Source: Ignavibacteria bacterium GWF2_33_9
Lineage (GTDB): Bacteria > Bacteroidota > Ignavibacteria > Kapaibacteriales > UBA2268
Assembly: GCA_001804565.1 (NCBI GenBank)
Contig: MHAC01000016.1
Coordinates: 1-37,183, forward strand
Direction of reading: 5' to 3'
DNA: 37,183 nucleotides
The translations under genes were made by a program, and so were the position numbers. The notes under the pieces were generated by a model. That model did no database searches and was not told where the DNA came from. It saw only the letters and a list, made by a program, of their open reading frames with translations. The stretch's first letter is position 1; every line of letters begins with the position of its first letter. Shown here in pieces: positions 27,728 to 37,183 of this stretch.

Positions 27728-29149
27728 ATGTTTCAAACTCAATCAAAATGGTTGTTTTTTCTCATCCTTATAGTTGCAGTTTCATCAATTAATCAAATAC
27801 AGGCAAGGCAAATGACCCTTGACAGTGCTATTAATTATGCTATAGCAAAAAATAATGATGTGAAACTCGCAAAACTGGAATTGGAAAAATCAAAATTTGC
27901 CATAAAAGAAGCATTTGGCTATGCTTTGCCATCGCTTGACTTTACAGGACAATTTTCGCATTTTATCGAAAAACCGAAAATGGCATTTCCTGATTTTAAT
28001 GCTATGCTGAACAATTCAGTGTATGGAGTTATGTTCAAAGAAAATTTACTTCCTGAAGATGATTCCAAGTTTTTACCAATGGATTTTGTATTGCAATCTT
28101 TTGCTTTGGCAAATAGTTACAATGCACAACTTTCACTTACGCAAGTGCTTTTTAGTTCTACAGTTTTTAAAGGAATTTCATCAAGCGGAATTTATAAAAA
28201 TTTAGCAGAGGAAGCACTTTACGGGAAAATATCTGCAGCAGTTCTTAATACTAAAAGAGCCTTTTACGGTGCCTTGCTTTCCAAAGAAGTGTTAAATATC
28301 ACAAAAGCAAGTTTCGAAAATGCGCAGCAAAATTTTAAGAGCGTGAAAGCATTACAGTCGCAAGGAATGGTTGCTGAATTTGATGCAATTCGTGCAGAAG
28401 TGCAAGTGGAAAATATTCGACCTGTGATTTTGCAAATGCAAAATAATTATGAAGTAGTTCTGAATAATCTAAAATTAGTTATGGGTATGGATCAATCAGA
28501 AAATCTTGAATTGACAGGGGACCTGGATTATTCTGAATTGCCTGTACCAGACAGACAGGAAGCTATTGCTGCTGCTACAAAGAATAACTTTGATTTGAAG
28601 ACATTGCAAACAAAAAGAGATTTTGATGAAGCTCTAATAGATTTGGATATTTCGACTTATTATCCGACACTTGCCGCATTCGGGAATTATGCATTTGCAG
28701 GTTCTGCTGATGATTTCAATTTTCAGAATTATCGTCAATCAATGGTTGGACTTAATTTCTCCATTAATCTTTTCAATGGATTCCGCACGACTCAAAAGGT
28801 ACAACAAGGTCATATCAATGTGATGAAATCTGATGAATCTGTGAATCAATTGAAAGAGTTTATCATTTCACAGATAACTACCAAAATAAGTGAAATAGAA
28901 AGAATTAAGAGCAATCTGGAAGCACAGGAAAGAAACATCACTCTCGCCCAAAAGGCTTATAATATATCCAATTTGCGTTACAAAGAAGGTACCGGCAATC
29001 AGTTGGAAATTGAAAATGCTGATTTGGCTATGCGTCAGGCCAAAACAAACAGACTACAGTCAGTATTTCAGTATATTTCCGCTTATGCAGAGCTCGAAAA
29101 TCTGATGGGTAATCTCGATGCAAAATACAGAAAAATTAAAATTGATTAA
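27728..29149 (+). CDS. TolC-family outer-membrane efflux protein
   Basis: Signal peptide, MTLDSAINYAIAKN, ALPSLDF, LTQVLF, YYPTLAAFG, INLFNGF, RYKEGTGNQLE. Confidence 0.92.
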   Translation: MFQTQSKWLFFLILIVAVSSINQIQARQMTLDSAINYAIAKNNDVKLAKLELEKSKFAIKEAFGYALPSLDFTGQFSHFIEKPKMAFPDFNAMLNNSVYGVMFKENLLPEDDSKFLPMDFVLQSFALANSYNAQLSLTQVLFSSTVFKGISSSGIYKNLAEEALYGKISAAVLNTKRAFYGALLSKEVLNITKASFENAQQNFKSVKALQSQGMVAEFDAIRAEVQVENIRPVILQMQNNYEVVLNNLKLVMGMDQSENLELTGDLDYSELPVPDRQEAIAAATKNNFDLKTLQTKRDFDEALIDLDISTYYPTLAAFGNYAFAGSADDFNFQNYRQSMVGLNFSINLFNGFRTTQKVQQGHINVMKSDESVNQLKEFIISQITTKISEIERIKSNLEAQERNITLAQKAYNISNLRYKEGTGNQLEIENADLAMRQAKTNRLQSVFQYISAYAELENLMGNLDAKYRKIKID

Positions 29150-29169
29150 TAACTTAAAAAAAAATTAAT

Positions 29170-30204
29170 ATGAAAAAGACAATATTCTTAATTATAATTG
29201 CATTATTTGCTGGTCTGACTTTGCAATCTTGCAAAAAGGAAAATAAAGTAGTTTCCAAAACCATGGAAGAAATCCAAAAAGAAAATGGTGTTCCTGTAAA
29301 ACTAACTAAAATTGAAACTCAGGAATTGACTATTCCCTTGAAATATATGTCCACTTTGGAAGGAATTAAACAAACTACAGTTACTGCTCCTGTGGCAGAC
29401 AATGTTGACTTATTTAAAGGAAAAGTGGGCAAAGTAGTTAAGGAAAAAGATGTAGTTGTTACTTTCCCTACAGATAATCCTGCATTGCAATTCGAGCAAG
29501 CAAAATTATCTTTTGAAAATTTCAAAAAAATGTATGAAAGAATGTCTGCATTACTAGCCGGAGGAGAAACATCACAGCAAAATTACGATAATATTGAAAC
29601 TCAGTATTTGGTTGCAAAAAGAAATTATGAATCCCTCAAGCAGATGCTTTTTGTGGAAGCACCCATAAGTGGTACTATTGTTGAAAAATTTGTTGATGAA
29701 GGTTTCAAAACAAAAAGTGGAGACAAACTTTTCACTATTGCGCAGATAGACAGAATGAAGGCGATTTTCTGGGTAAGTGATGAAGAATTGATTTATATCA
29801 AAAACGGTATGCCTGTTCAAATTACCAAAAATGATAAAGTTTATAATGGCAGAATTTCCGAAGTTGCTCTTGCACAGGATGAAATGAGAAAAGCATTCAA
29901 AATTGAAGCAGATTTTCCAAATCCAAAGCGTGAATTGAAAGTAGGCATGACTGTGGAAATTCAATTTGATTCATACAAAAATCCTTCTGCTATAGTAATA
30001 CCAAGAAGCTCTATCGTTGTGAAAGCCGGTAAAAGTTATGTGTTTGTGTCTGATGGAAGTAATGCACAGGAAAGAGAAATAACATTAGGTAAAACTATTG
30101 GGGAAATGGTGGAAATCACTTCCGGACTGAATGTTGGAGATGAACTAATTACCGAAGGTGTAAGTATTTTGACTAGTGGTGCAAAATTAAATATAAAACA
30201 ATAA
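29170..30204 (+). CDS. Efflux RND periplasmic adaptor (MFP) lipoprotein
   Basis: Lipobox LQS-C, VEAPISGTIV, LKVGM, IVIPRSSI, VEITSGLNVGDELITEG. Confidence 0.92.
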   Translation: MKKTIFLIIIALFAGLTLQSCKKENKVVSKTMEEIQKENGVPVKLTKIETQELTIPLKYMSTLEGIKQTTVTAPVADNVDLFKGKVGKVVKEKDVVVTFPTDNPALQFEQAKLSFENFKKMYERMSALLAGGETSQQNYDNIETQYLVAKRNYESLKQMLFVEAPISGTIVEKFVDEGFKTKSGDKLFTIAQIDRMKAIFWVSDEELIYIKNGMPVQITKNDKVYNGRISEVALAQDEMRKAFKIEADFPNPKRELKVGMTVEIQFDSYKNPSAIVIPRSSIVVKAGKSYVFVSDGSNAQEREITLGKTIGEMVEITSGLNVGDELITEGVSILTSGAKLNIKQ

Positions 30205-30214
30205 CGGAGTAAAT

Positions 30215-33200
30215 ATGAGAATAGCAGACATTGCCGTAAAAAGACCGGTTCTTGTATCCGTAATTGTAATTGTATTCGTTCTGTTCGGATTTATTGCGTT
30301 CAGAACACTTAATTTGAACTTATTTCCGGATGTGAAAATACCGTTTGTTACGGTACAATGTATTTATCCGGGTGCCGGACCGAAAGAAATCGAATCTCTT
30401 GTTACCAAAAAGATAGAAGATGTTATCACAACGATTGAAGGTGTAGAAGCAATTGATTCATATTCACTTGATGGTGTTTCCATTATTGTAATTGAATTTG
30501 GATTAGGCAAAGATGTAGATGTAGCAAATCAGGAAGTGAAGGACAAGATTGATCAGATTGTAAATAATTTACCGACAGATGCGAAGAAGCCGATTATTAC
30601 TAAAGTTGACTTCCGTGCATTCCCAGTTGCAAACTTAATTTTAAGTGGTGATGCTTCTCCGGTGGATATGTATGAATTTGCAGATAAAGTTGTAAAAAAT
30701 AAATTATCGCAGGTTGCTGGTGTTGCAAATATTACATTGGATGGTGGACAAGAAAGAGAAATTCAAGTTACTCTTTCGGGTAAGACAGTTTATGAAAATA
30801 TGATGTCTCTGCCTGCTTTTATGGGAATTTTGGGTCAACAGAATTTTGATATTCCCGGAGGAACATTCGAAATCGGGAATCAGGATTATTCTGTTCGCTT
30901 GAAAGGACAATATGATTCCTTGAATACAATTTTGGAAACAGAAATTCCGACCGCATTTGGTGTTAAAAAAATCAGAGAATTGGCAAAAGTCGAATTTGCT
31001 GGCAAAAAAGTAGCTGCAAAGACTATGTTCTATGATGTGAAAAATAACATCAAGTATGAAAATGCGATATTGTTAGGTCTAATTAAGAGTCCCGATGGTA
31101 ATGTAGTGGAAGTTGTGAAAGCAGTAAAGGAAAAATTACCCGAAATTTTGCGTGAGCTGCCTAAAGGTATGGAATTGAAAGTAGTGAATGAATCTGCTGA
31201 TTTTGTGGAGAGTACTTCCTCTGATACTTTAAGTAATATATATCTTGGTATCTTACTCACCGCATTAGTATTGCTTTTCTTCCTGCATGATATTCGTTCT
31301 ACAATTATTGCCTCGATCACAATGCCTGCATCAATCATTTCTGCTTTCGTTTTATTCCAGTTCGCAGGATTGGATTTGAATATGATGTCGCTAATGGGTA
31401 TTTCTGTAACTGTGGGTGTGCTCGTTGCGAATGCTGTTGTGATTATCGAAAATATATTCCGCTTCAAAGAAATGGGAATGCCTATCAAAGAGGCTGCGAT
31501 TAAAGGTACAAATGAAGTGTTTGTGGCGGTGCTTGCATCTACAATGACTAACTTGGTTGTATTTATTCCATTAGCAAATCTGAGCAGTACTGTAGGTCAA
31601 TTCCTTAAAGCACTTGCTCTTTCCGCTACATTTACTACACTCTTTTCGCTTATTTATTCCTTTACTTTAACTCCTATGTTGAGTTCTCTCTTATTTTCGG
31701 ATAAAGCAAAAGAAAAAGGAAAATTTGCTAAGTTCTTATCTGCTCATATTGATAAATATTTGATTGGTCTCTACGGTAAAACCTTACGAATAATTTTGCG
31801 TAATAAGAAACTAGCCATAGCAACTGTAGTGAGTGCAATTATCTTATTTATAGTTGTGCTTATGGGATTGGGACCAAAAATCGGTTTTGAATTTCAACCA
31901 ACATTCGACCAGGGCGTGATAACAGCAAAAGTTGAACTACCAACAGGATATAATGTTGAATCTACTGAACAAGTAATTAAGCAGATTGAAGATAAGATTA
32001 AGCATTATCCGGAAGTGACAGAAATTGTTTCTTCAATTGGGAAATCCAGCAATGTTGATATTGGTACAAACCTGGCAACAGTAAGCATATACATAGTTGA
32101 CAAGAAAGAAAGAACAATTGGAATTGATGAAATGGTTATTAAAGTTACCGATGAACTATCTTCTATACCAAATGCGAAAATACAAGTATTTTCTGGTGAA
32201 GGTGGCGGACAAGGTGGTACTGCTCCTGTAGAATTCTTCATTTTGGGTCAAAATTCCGTAAAATTGCAAAGAATTACCGATGAACTATACGATTCATTAA
32301 AAACAATACCCGGACTAATCAATTTCGAACAATCCACCAGGGAAGGTAAACCGGAAATGACTGTTTATCCAAACCGCAGCAAACTTGCTGATGTTGGTTT
32401 ATCAGTATCGGAACTTGCAATGTCATTACGCCTTTCAGTGGAAGGTATGGCTAGTTCTAAATATAAATACGAAGGTGAAGAATACGATATTACAGTGAAA
32501 TTGAATGATGATGAAGTTAATTCTCCAGAAAAAATCAGTCAAATACCGATTGCAACACGTGCAGGCGTATTCAAGATTTCCGATTTAGCTGATATTAAAT
32601 TCACTCCCGGGCCGACTAAGGTACTTCACCGCAATAAATATATAACGATTAAGTTTTCAGGTGCCCCCGGAGCAGGTGTACCTCTTGGGGATATTACCTC
32701 CGAAGTGGAAAAAAGAATTGCAAAATTCAATTTGCCAAAAGGTTATCAATTCGCATGGGGTGGGTCTGCAAAACTTTTCAAACAGATGGTAAGCGACTTA
32801 TCATTTGCATTTATGGTCGGCATTTTGTTGACATATTTCCTTATGGCAGCAATTCTGGAAAGTTATATACAACCGCTTTATATTATGATTACTATTCCGA
32901 TGGGTATGATTGGTGTAATCACATTCTCTTATTTAACAGGCACTACGATGAGTATAACTGCAATGATGGGTGTGATTTTGCTCACCGGTATTGTTGTGAA
33001 TAATGCGATTTTGCTGCTTGACTTTGCTAATCAGATGATTAGGGAAAAAGAGATGAACGTGCATGATGCATTAATAGAATCAGGTGAGACAAAATTGATG
33101 CCGATCCTGATGTCCAACGCTGCATTGGCACTTGGTGTACTTCCTCTTGCACTTGGAATTGGTGATGCAGGTGTGGAAATGCGTACTCCTTTAGGAATTG

Positions 33201-33328
33201 TTACAATAGGCGGTATTTTTGCTTCAACGTTACTTACATTGTACGTAATTCCGGCACTTTACCTAATTTTTGCAAAATTGAAAAAGAAAAATAAAAATTC
33301 AAATATAGATTTGATTGCTGAAAATTAA
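30215..33328 (+). CDS. AcrB/HAE1-like RND efflux permease with atypical proton-relay residues
   Basis: AVKRPV, LFPDVKIP-VTV...YPGAGPKEIE, FLHDIRSTII, VFIPL, SFTLTPML, PILMS, TLLTLYVIPALY. TM4 reads LVANAVVIIEN instead of LVDDAIVVVEN. Confidence 0.93.
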   Translation: MRIADIAVKRPVLVSVIVIVFVLFGFIAFRTLNLNLFPDVKIPFVTVQCIYPGAGPKEIESLVTKKIEDVITTIEGVEAIDSYSLDGVSIIVIEFGLGKDVDVANQEVKDKIDQIVNNLPTDAKKPIITKVDFRAFPVANLILSGDASPVDMYEFADKVVKNKLSQVAGVANITLDGGQEREIQVTLSGKTVYENMMSLPAFMGILGQQNFDIPGGTFEIGNQDYSVRLKGQYDSLNTILETEIPTAFGVKKIRELAKVEFAGKKVAAKTMFYDVKNNIKYENAILLGLIKSPDGNVVEVVKAVKEKLPEILRELPKGMELKVVNESADFVESTSSDTLSNIYLGILLTALVLLFFLHDIRSTIIASITMPASIISAFVLFQFAGLDLNMMSLMGISVTVGVLVANAVVIIENIFRFKEMGMPIKEAAIKGTNEVFVAVLASTMTNLVVFIPLANLSSTVGQFLKALALSATFTTLFSLIYSFTLTPMLSSLLFSDKAKEKGKFAKFLSAHIDKYLIGLYGKTLRIILRNKKLAIATVVSAIILFIVVLMGLGPKIGFEFQPTFDQGVITAKVELPTGYNVESTEQVIKQIEDKIKHYPEVTEIVSSIGKSSNVDIGTNLATVSIYIVDKKERTIGIDEMVIKVTDELSSIPNAKIQVFSGEGGGQGGTAPVEFFILGQNSVKLQRITDELYDSLKTIPGLINFEQSTREGKPEMTVYPNRSKLADVGLSVSELAMSLRLSVEGMASSKYKYEGEEYDITVKLNDDEVNSPEKISQIPIATRAGVFKISDLADIKFTPGPTKVLHRNKYITIKFSGAPGAGVPLGDITSEVEKRIAKFNLPKGYQFAWGGSAKLFKQMVSDLSFAFMVGILLTYFLMAAILESYIQPLYIMITIPMGMIGVITFSYLTGTTMSITAMMGVILLTGIVVNNAILLLDFANQMIREKEMNVHDALIESGETKLMPILMSNAALALGVLPLALGIGDAGVEMRTPLGIVTIGGIFASTLLTLYVIPALYLIFAKLKKKNKNSNIDLIAEN

Positions 33329-33337
33329 TTATAAAAA

Positions 33338-34522
33338 ATGGACATAAAAAAAATGAACGTACCATTATTAGATTTGAAATTACAATATGCTCAGATTCAA
33401 GAAGAAGTTGAGCAGGAGATTTTAAGAGTATCACGTTCGCAAATGTGCATACTCGGAAAAGACGTTGAATCATTCGAAGAAAATGCTGCAAAATATCTTG
33501 GCGTAAAGCATGCCATTGGTGTTTCCAGCGGGACTGACGCACTTTTAATGGGCTTGATGGCTTATGATATCGGTCCTGGAGATGAAGTGATTTTGCCGAC
33601 ATTTTCGTTTTTTGCAACTGCGGGAGTAGTGGCAAGAACTAATGCTACACCTATTTTCGTGGATAGTATTGCAAATACATATAATATTGATCCAAAAGCT
33701 ATTGCTGCAAAAATTACTGAAAAGACAAAAGCAATTATTCCTGTTCATCTTTTCGGTCAAGCAGCTGAAATGGACGAAATAATGGCGATAGCACACAAGC
33801 ATAATATACCTGTAATTGAAGACGGGGCTCAATCTTTCGGAACTCAGTACAAAGACGGTAAATTTGCAGGTAGTATTGGTGAAATAGGATGTTTTTCATT
33901 TTACCCATCTAAAAATTTGGGAGCATTTGGTGATGGAGGTCTGGTTACGACTAATGATGATGTATTAGCCGAGAAATTGCGCCAGATGCGTAATCACGGA
34001 ATGTATCCTAAGTATTTCCATAAATTTATTGGGGGTAATTTCAGATTGGATGCAATTCAGGCTGCAGTGCTGAATGTGAAATTAAAACATCTCGAAGATT
34101 GGCACAAAGCTCGCCGAAAAAATGCAGATTTATACAGGAAATATGCTCAAAAGGAAGGTTTGGAAATTGCTAACAATGTTCAGAATTTTATTAACAGCAA
34201 TCAGATTTATTTACCGGAACCTATTTACGCAGAAACCGGCATTAACAATAATCATATTTACAATCAATTTACAATTAGGATTGCACGCAGAGATAAGATT
34301 AAAGATTACCTGTCAGCAAATGGTATTGGATCGGATATATATTATCCTGTACCATTCCATCGCCAGGAATGTTTCTCTTATTTGAACAATCCTGATAGGG
34401 ATTTTCCAAATGCAAATATGCTAGTAAGTGAAGTTCTTTCTCTTCCTATTTTCCCGGAATTAACTGAAGAACAAATTGCTTACACAGTGGAAAAACTTGC
34501 AGAAGCAATAAATATAACATAA
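33338..34522 (+). CDS. DegT/DnrJ/EryC1/StrS-family PLP-dependent sugar aminotransferase
   Basis: VPLLDLK, GVSSGTDAL, FSFFATA, IIPVHLFGQ, IEDGAQSFG, SFYPSKNLGAFGDGG (PLP Lys), RLDAIQAA, LSLPIFPEL. Start may be 33353. Confidence 0.95.
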   Translation: MDIKKMNVPLLDLKLQYAQIQEEVEQEILRVSRSQMCILGKDVESFEENAAKYLGVKHAIGVSSGTDALLMGLMAYDIGPGDEVILPTFSFFATAGVVARTNATPIFVDSIANTYNIDPKAIAAKITEKTKAIIPVHLFGQAAEMDEIMAIAHKHNIPVIEDGAQSFGTQYKDGKFAGSIGEIGCFSFYPSKNLGAFGDGGLVTTNDDVLAEKLRQMRNHGMYPKYFHKFIGGNFRLDAIQAAVLNVKLKHLEDWHKARRKNADLYRKYAQKEGLEIANNVQNFINSNQIYLPEPIYAETGINNNHIYNQFTIRIARRDKIKDYLSANGIGSDIYYPVPFHRQECFSYLNNPDRDFPNANMLVSEVLSLPIFPELTEEQIAYTVEKLAEAINIT

Positions 34523-34576
34523 TCTTCCATCTCTTCTTATTGAAAAAGAATAGGGTATAAAAATATTCGAAATTGA

Positions 34577-34611
34577 ATAAAAAAGACACATCATTGATGT
34601 GTCTTTTTTAT
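34577..34611. terminator. Bidirectional terminator between the DegT gene and the M28 peptidase gene
   Basis: ATAAAAAAGACACATCA-t-TGATGTGTCTTTTTTAT, a perfect 17-bp inverted repeat. Confidence 0.85.
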
Positions 34612-34640
34612 CTTTTTCAATCAAATAAACCACTGATGAA

Positions 34641-36470
34641 TTATTCACTACCTGTGAGTATTACATCAGTAGTCATTTCTTTACCCTTGCGAAGGAAAGT
34701 TACTTTTATTTTGTCCCCGGGTTTAGATTCACGCAGAAAGAAAGTGAAATCGTGCAAATTCATGATTCCGGTATCATTAAGTTTTGTGATTATATCATCG
34801 CCCTGCAAACCTGCTTTTTCGGCAGGACTTCCCGGAGAAGCACCGGAAATTTTCATCCCTAAAGGTTCTCTATCGAAATTGGGGACAATGCCGAATTTCA
34901 CTTTGCTGCCACTTCTGTTTTCTCCATGAGCAGGAGATTTCTCAGATACTTTATGAAATGGAGGTCGATTGTCCAGATTGCCAAATTTTTGGACTGCAGC
35001 ATCCAGAAAATTAATAATTGTTTCCATTCCGTCAAAATTGATTTTGTCAACGTCATCACTTGGTTTATGATAATCCAGGTGTACACCGGTGAAGAAGAAT
35101 ACTGAAGGGACATTTTTCAGATAGAATGCTGTTTGGTCACTTGCACCAAGTGGTGAATCGCTTTTATTCAGTGTTAATACTGAATCTGCGGCATCCAATT
35201 CATCGAAAATCGGTTCAAATGCAGGTGATGAACCAGTGCCCATCAGATAAATTGAATTATCATGAAAGCGGCCAACCATATCCAGATTAATCATCATTGC
35301 AATATTCTCAGGAGCAATAATTTTCTGATTAACAAATGCATTAGAACCGATTATACCAAGTTCTTCCGAAGTAAATGCAACAAAAACAAGAGAACGCTTC
35401 GTTGGATTTTCAGCAGCATAACGAGCAAGTTCAATCACTGCAGAAGTTCCCGATGCATTATCATCAGCACCATTATGAATTTTGGGAGTTTTGCTCTGAT
35501 ACATTGAAGTTGGTCCGCCCCATCCGAGATGGTCGTAATGGGCTCCCACAACAATATATTCATTTTTCAGTGTTGCATCGGTTCCTTCCACCATACCGAA
35601 AACATTGTCAGTTTTAGCAATTTTGTCCTTCAATTGTACTTTTATATAAATTTTTGAATTAGGAATATCGAAGCTGTTAGGTTTTTTTGTTTCCATAATC
35701 TTCATTTCGGTAGGGTATAGCGACCTACGAGGGAAATATTCGGAAATTTTAGTTCGATTCACTTGAATTGCAAGCAGACCGGTATTCCTTTCGAAGCGGT
35801 CTTTTTCGAGTGGTTCGAAAACACTAGCGGAATCACCGTTAATTTTCACAAATATTATTCCTTTAGCGCCATGATCACGTGCATTCGTTGCCTTATAACG
35901 ATAAGATTTGTAAGGTTCAAAAGGATCATCTTTCATTTCACCATTCGGGGAATGAGTGAGAATGATTACAATTTTGTCCTTTACGTCAATACCTTCATAA
36001 TCGTCATATTTCAAATCTTTGGAAGAAATACCAAATCCACAGAATGCTAAAGGAGCTTCTAATTCACCATCATCGCTAATACTTAACGGCAACCAGTCAC
36101 TTGTCAGATCCCATGACTTTCGCATTGGACGAGACATTTCAATTGGAACGCCGGGTTTAGGGATGATTACATTGAAGTAAACTTCATTTTTTTCTCCAAG
36201 TTCATATCCAATCGGCACTTCCAATTGCTGCAAGTAACTTCCATTTATGGGTTTAAGTCCAAATTCTTTAAATTTATTAAGAATATAATCACGTGCTTTA
36301 TCCATTCCGGGAGTACCTGGAAAACGACCTTCTAATTCATCACTTGCTAAATATGTGAGATGTTCTTTTGCTGCAGTATAAACTAGAGATTTCTCGGTTT
36401 GTGCAAATAAATTCAGCGTTGATACCAGAATTAAAATTTGCACAAAATTTGTTAAGCGTTTAAAATTCAT
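34641..36470 (-). CDS. Secreted M28-family metallopeptidase with PA and C-terminal PDZ domains
   Basis: Signal peptide, LASDELEGRFPG, PA insert (DDYEGIDVKDKIV), GAHYDH, NGADDNASG, EELGIIGS, NLDMVGR, YHKPSD, and PDZ motif GSPAEKAGLQGDDII. Confidence 0.93.
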   Translation of the reverse strand: MNFKRLTNFVQILILVSTLNLFAQTEKSLVYTAAKEHLTYLASDELEGRFPGTPGMDKARDYILNKFKEFGLKPINGSYLQQLEVPIGYELGEKNEVYFNVIIPKPGVPIEMSRPMRKSWDLTSDWLPLSISDDGELEAPLAFCGFGISSKDLKYDDYEGIDVKDKIVIILTHSPNGEMKDDPFEPYKSYRYKATNARDHGAKGIIFVKINGDSASVFEPLEKDRFERNTGLLAIQVNRTKISEYFPRRSLYPTEMKIMETKKPNSFDIPNSKIYIKVQLKDKIAKTDNVFGMVEGTDATLKNEYIVVGAHYDHLGWGGPTSMYQSKTPKIHNGADDNASGTSAVIELARYAAENPTKRSLVFVAFTSEELGIIGSNAFVNQKIIAPENIAMMINLDMVGRFHDNSIYLMGTGSSPAFEPIFDELDAADSVLTLNKSDSPLGASDQTAFYLKNVPSVFFFTGVHLDYHKPSDDVDKINFDGMETIINFLDAAVQKFGNLDNRPPFHKVSEKSPAHGENRSGSKVKFGIVPNFDREPLGMKISGASPGSPAEKAGLQGDDIITKLNDTGIMNLHDFTFFLRESKPGDKIKVTFLRKGKEMTTDVILTGSE

Positions 36471-36502
36471 TAAATCACCAAAAAATGATAAGTATAAAAA
36501 AA

Positions 36503-36624
36503 CAAAATTAAGAATAATTAAATTAATTCCCTTTTAAAAATCGGATAAGCAGTCCTAATATTTTATGAAATGCATTTAATTCATTATAATTTATATATTA
36601 AAATAAAATAAATCCTTAATTTTG
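36503..36624. promoter_or_regulatory. Divergent -7 boxes for the M28 peptidase (minus) and atpD (plus)
   Basis: TAATTTTG on the minus strand at 36510-36503 and on the plus strand at 36617-36624. Confidence 0.45.
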
Positions 36625-36675
36625 TAAAATTTTTTCAATACAAATACAAATAAAAAAATAGACAAGGAAATAGAA

Positions 36676-37183
36676 ATGAATGAAGGTACATTAATACAAG
36701 TTATCGGACCTGTAGTTGACGTTCAGTTTTCTGAAGGCAATATCCCCGCTGTACTAAATGCATTGCAAATCCCAAGAAAAAATGCTGAAGGTGCTGACGA
36801 ATTACTAGTTTGCGAAGTACACCAGCACTTAGGTGAAGATAGAGTGAGAGCTGTTGCAATGGATTCTACAGACGGATTGGTGCGAGGAATGAAAGTAATA
36901 GATACAGGTGAACCAATCAAAATCCCGGTAGGACAGGAATTGCTTGGAAGAATGATGAACGTAATCGGTGAACCAATTGATGGTAAGGGCGAAATCAAAA
37001 GTGAAATGGAATATCCTTTGCATCGCCATGCACCTAAATTCGAAGACTTAAGCACAAAGAAAGAAATGTTCGAAACAGGTATAAAAGTAATTGACTTAAT
37101 TCAACCATTTACAAAAGGTGGCAAAACCGGTCTTTTCGGTGGTGCAGGTGTGGGTAAAACGGTTGTGATTCAAGAATTGATCC
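36676..37183 (+). CDS. atpD: F0F1 ATP synthase subunit beta, 3'-truncated by the window edge (absent from the ORF track)
   Basis: Translated by hand: [18 protein letters not shown]...[15 protein letters not shown]...[36 protein letters not shown] (Walker A); AAGGA SD. Confidence 0.97.
   Translation, partial: MNEGTLIQVIGPVVDVQFSEGNIPAVLNALQIPRKNAEGADELLVCEVHQHLGEDRVRAVAMDSTDGLVRGMKVIDTGEPIKIPVGQELLGRMMNVIGEPIDGKGEIKSEMEYPLHRHAPKFEDLSTKKEMFETGIKVIDLIQPFTKGGKTGLFGGAGVGKTVVIQELI

Noticed and set aside
27669-27728. Direct repeat AATTAAAAAATAGAA x2 before tolC
   Set aside because: Almost pure A/T low-complexity sequence; probably a small local duplication without evident function.
33234-37055. 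Overlapping ORFs 33234-33635, 34573-34929, 35262-36050 and 36723-37055
   Set aside because: Antisense to the DegT, M28 peptidase and atpD genes, with no independent coding signal.

Overview
AT-rich bacterial chromosomal window. The organism is probably an FCB-group bacterium outside the Bacteroidia, such as Kapabacteria, Ignavibacteria or a Chlorobi relative. This is an inference from a T9SS C-terminal domain, TAnnTTTG promoter boxes, an atpD that opens its own unit, and clear Shine-Dalgarno sites. Gene order, left to right: partial T9SS cargo gene and a lipoprotein; a cluster of REP-like hairpins; a VOC/PhnB-like gene; katG; queA; a minus-strand heavy-metal RND operon (leader ORF, adaptor, CzcA/CusA-type pump, TolC); five tRNAs (Tyr, Gly, Gly, Thr, Trp, with no tuf); secE-nusG-rplK-rplA-rplJ-rplL-rpoB-rpoC; khtT-khtU; a tetR-tolC-MFP-RND-DegT operon; an M28/PA/PDZ peptidase; and the 5' part of atpD. 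The two strongest leads are: (1) a His-rich, signal-peptide-bearing 138-aa ORF ending in the ribosome-arrest motif LRAPP directly upstream of the metal efflux operon, a candidate metal-sensing arrest leader controlling an exporter; (2) an intact AcrB-like RND pump that lacks the canonical proton-relay residues (AcrB D407/D408/K940 positions are A/N/N) and appears co-transcribed with a sugar aminotransferase. Also noted: a 19-bp attenuator-like hairpin before rpoB, a boxB/boxA-like element in the tRNA cluster, an 18-bp tandem repeat in nusG and 9-bp repeats upstream of tetR. All calls are by eye, with no database searches.
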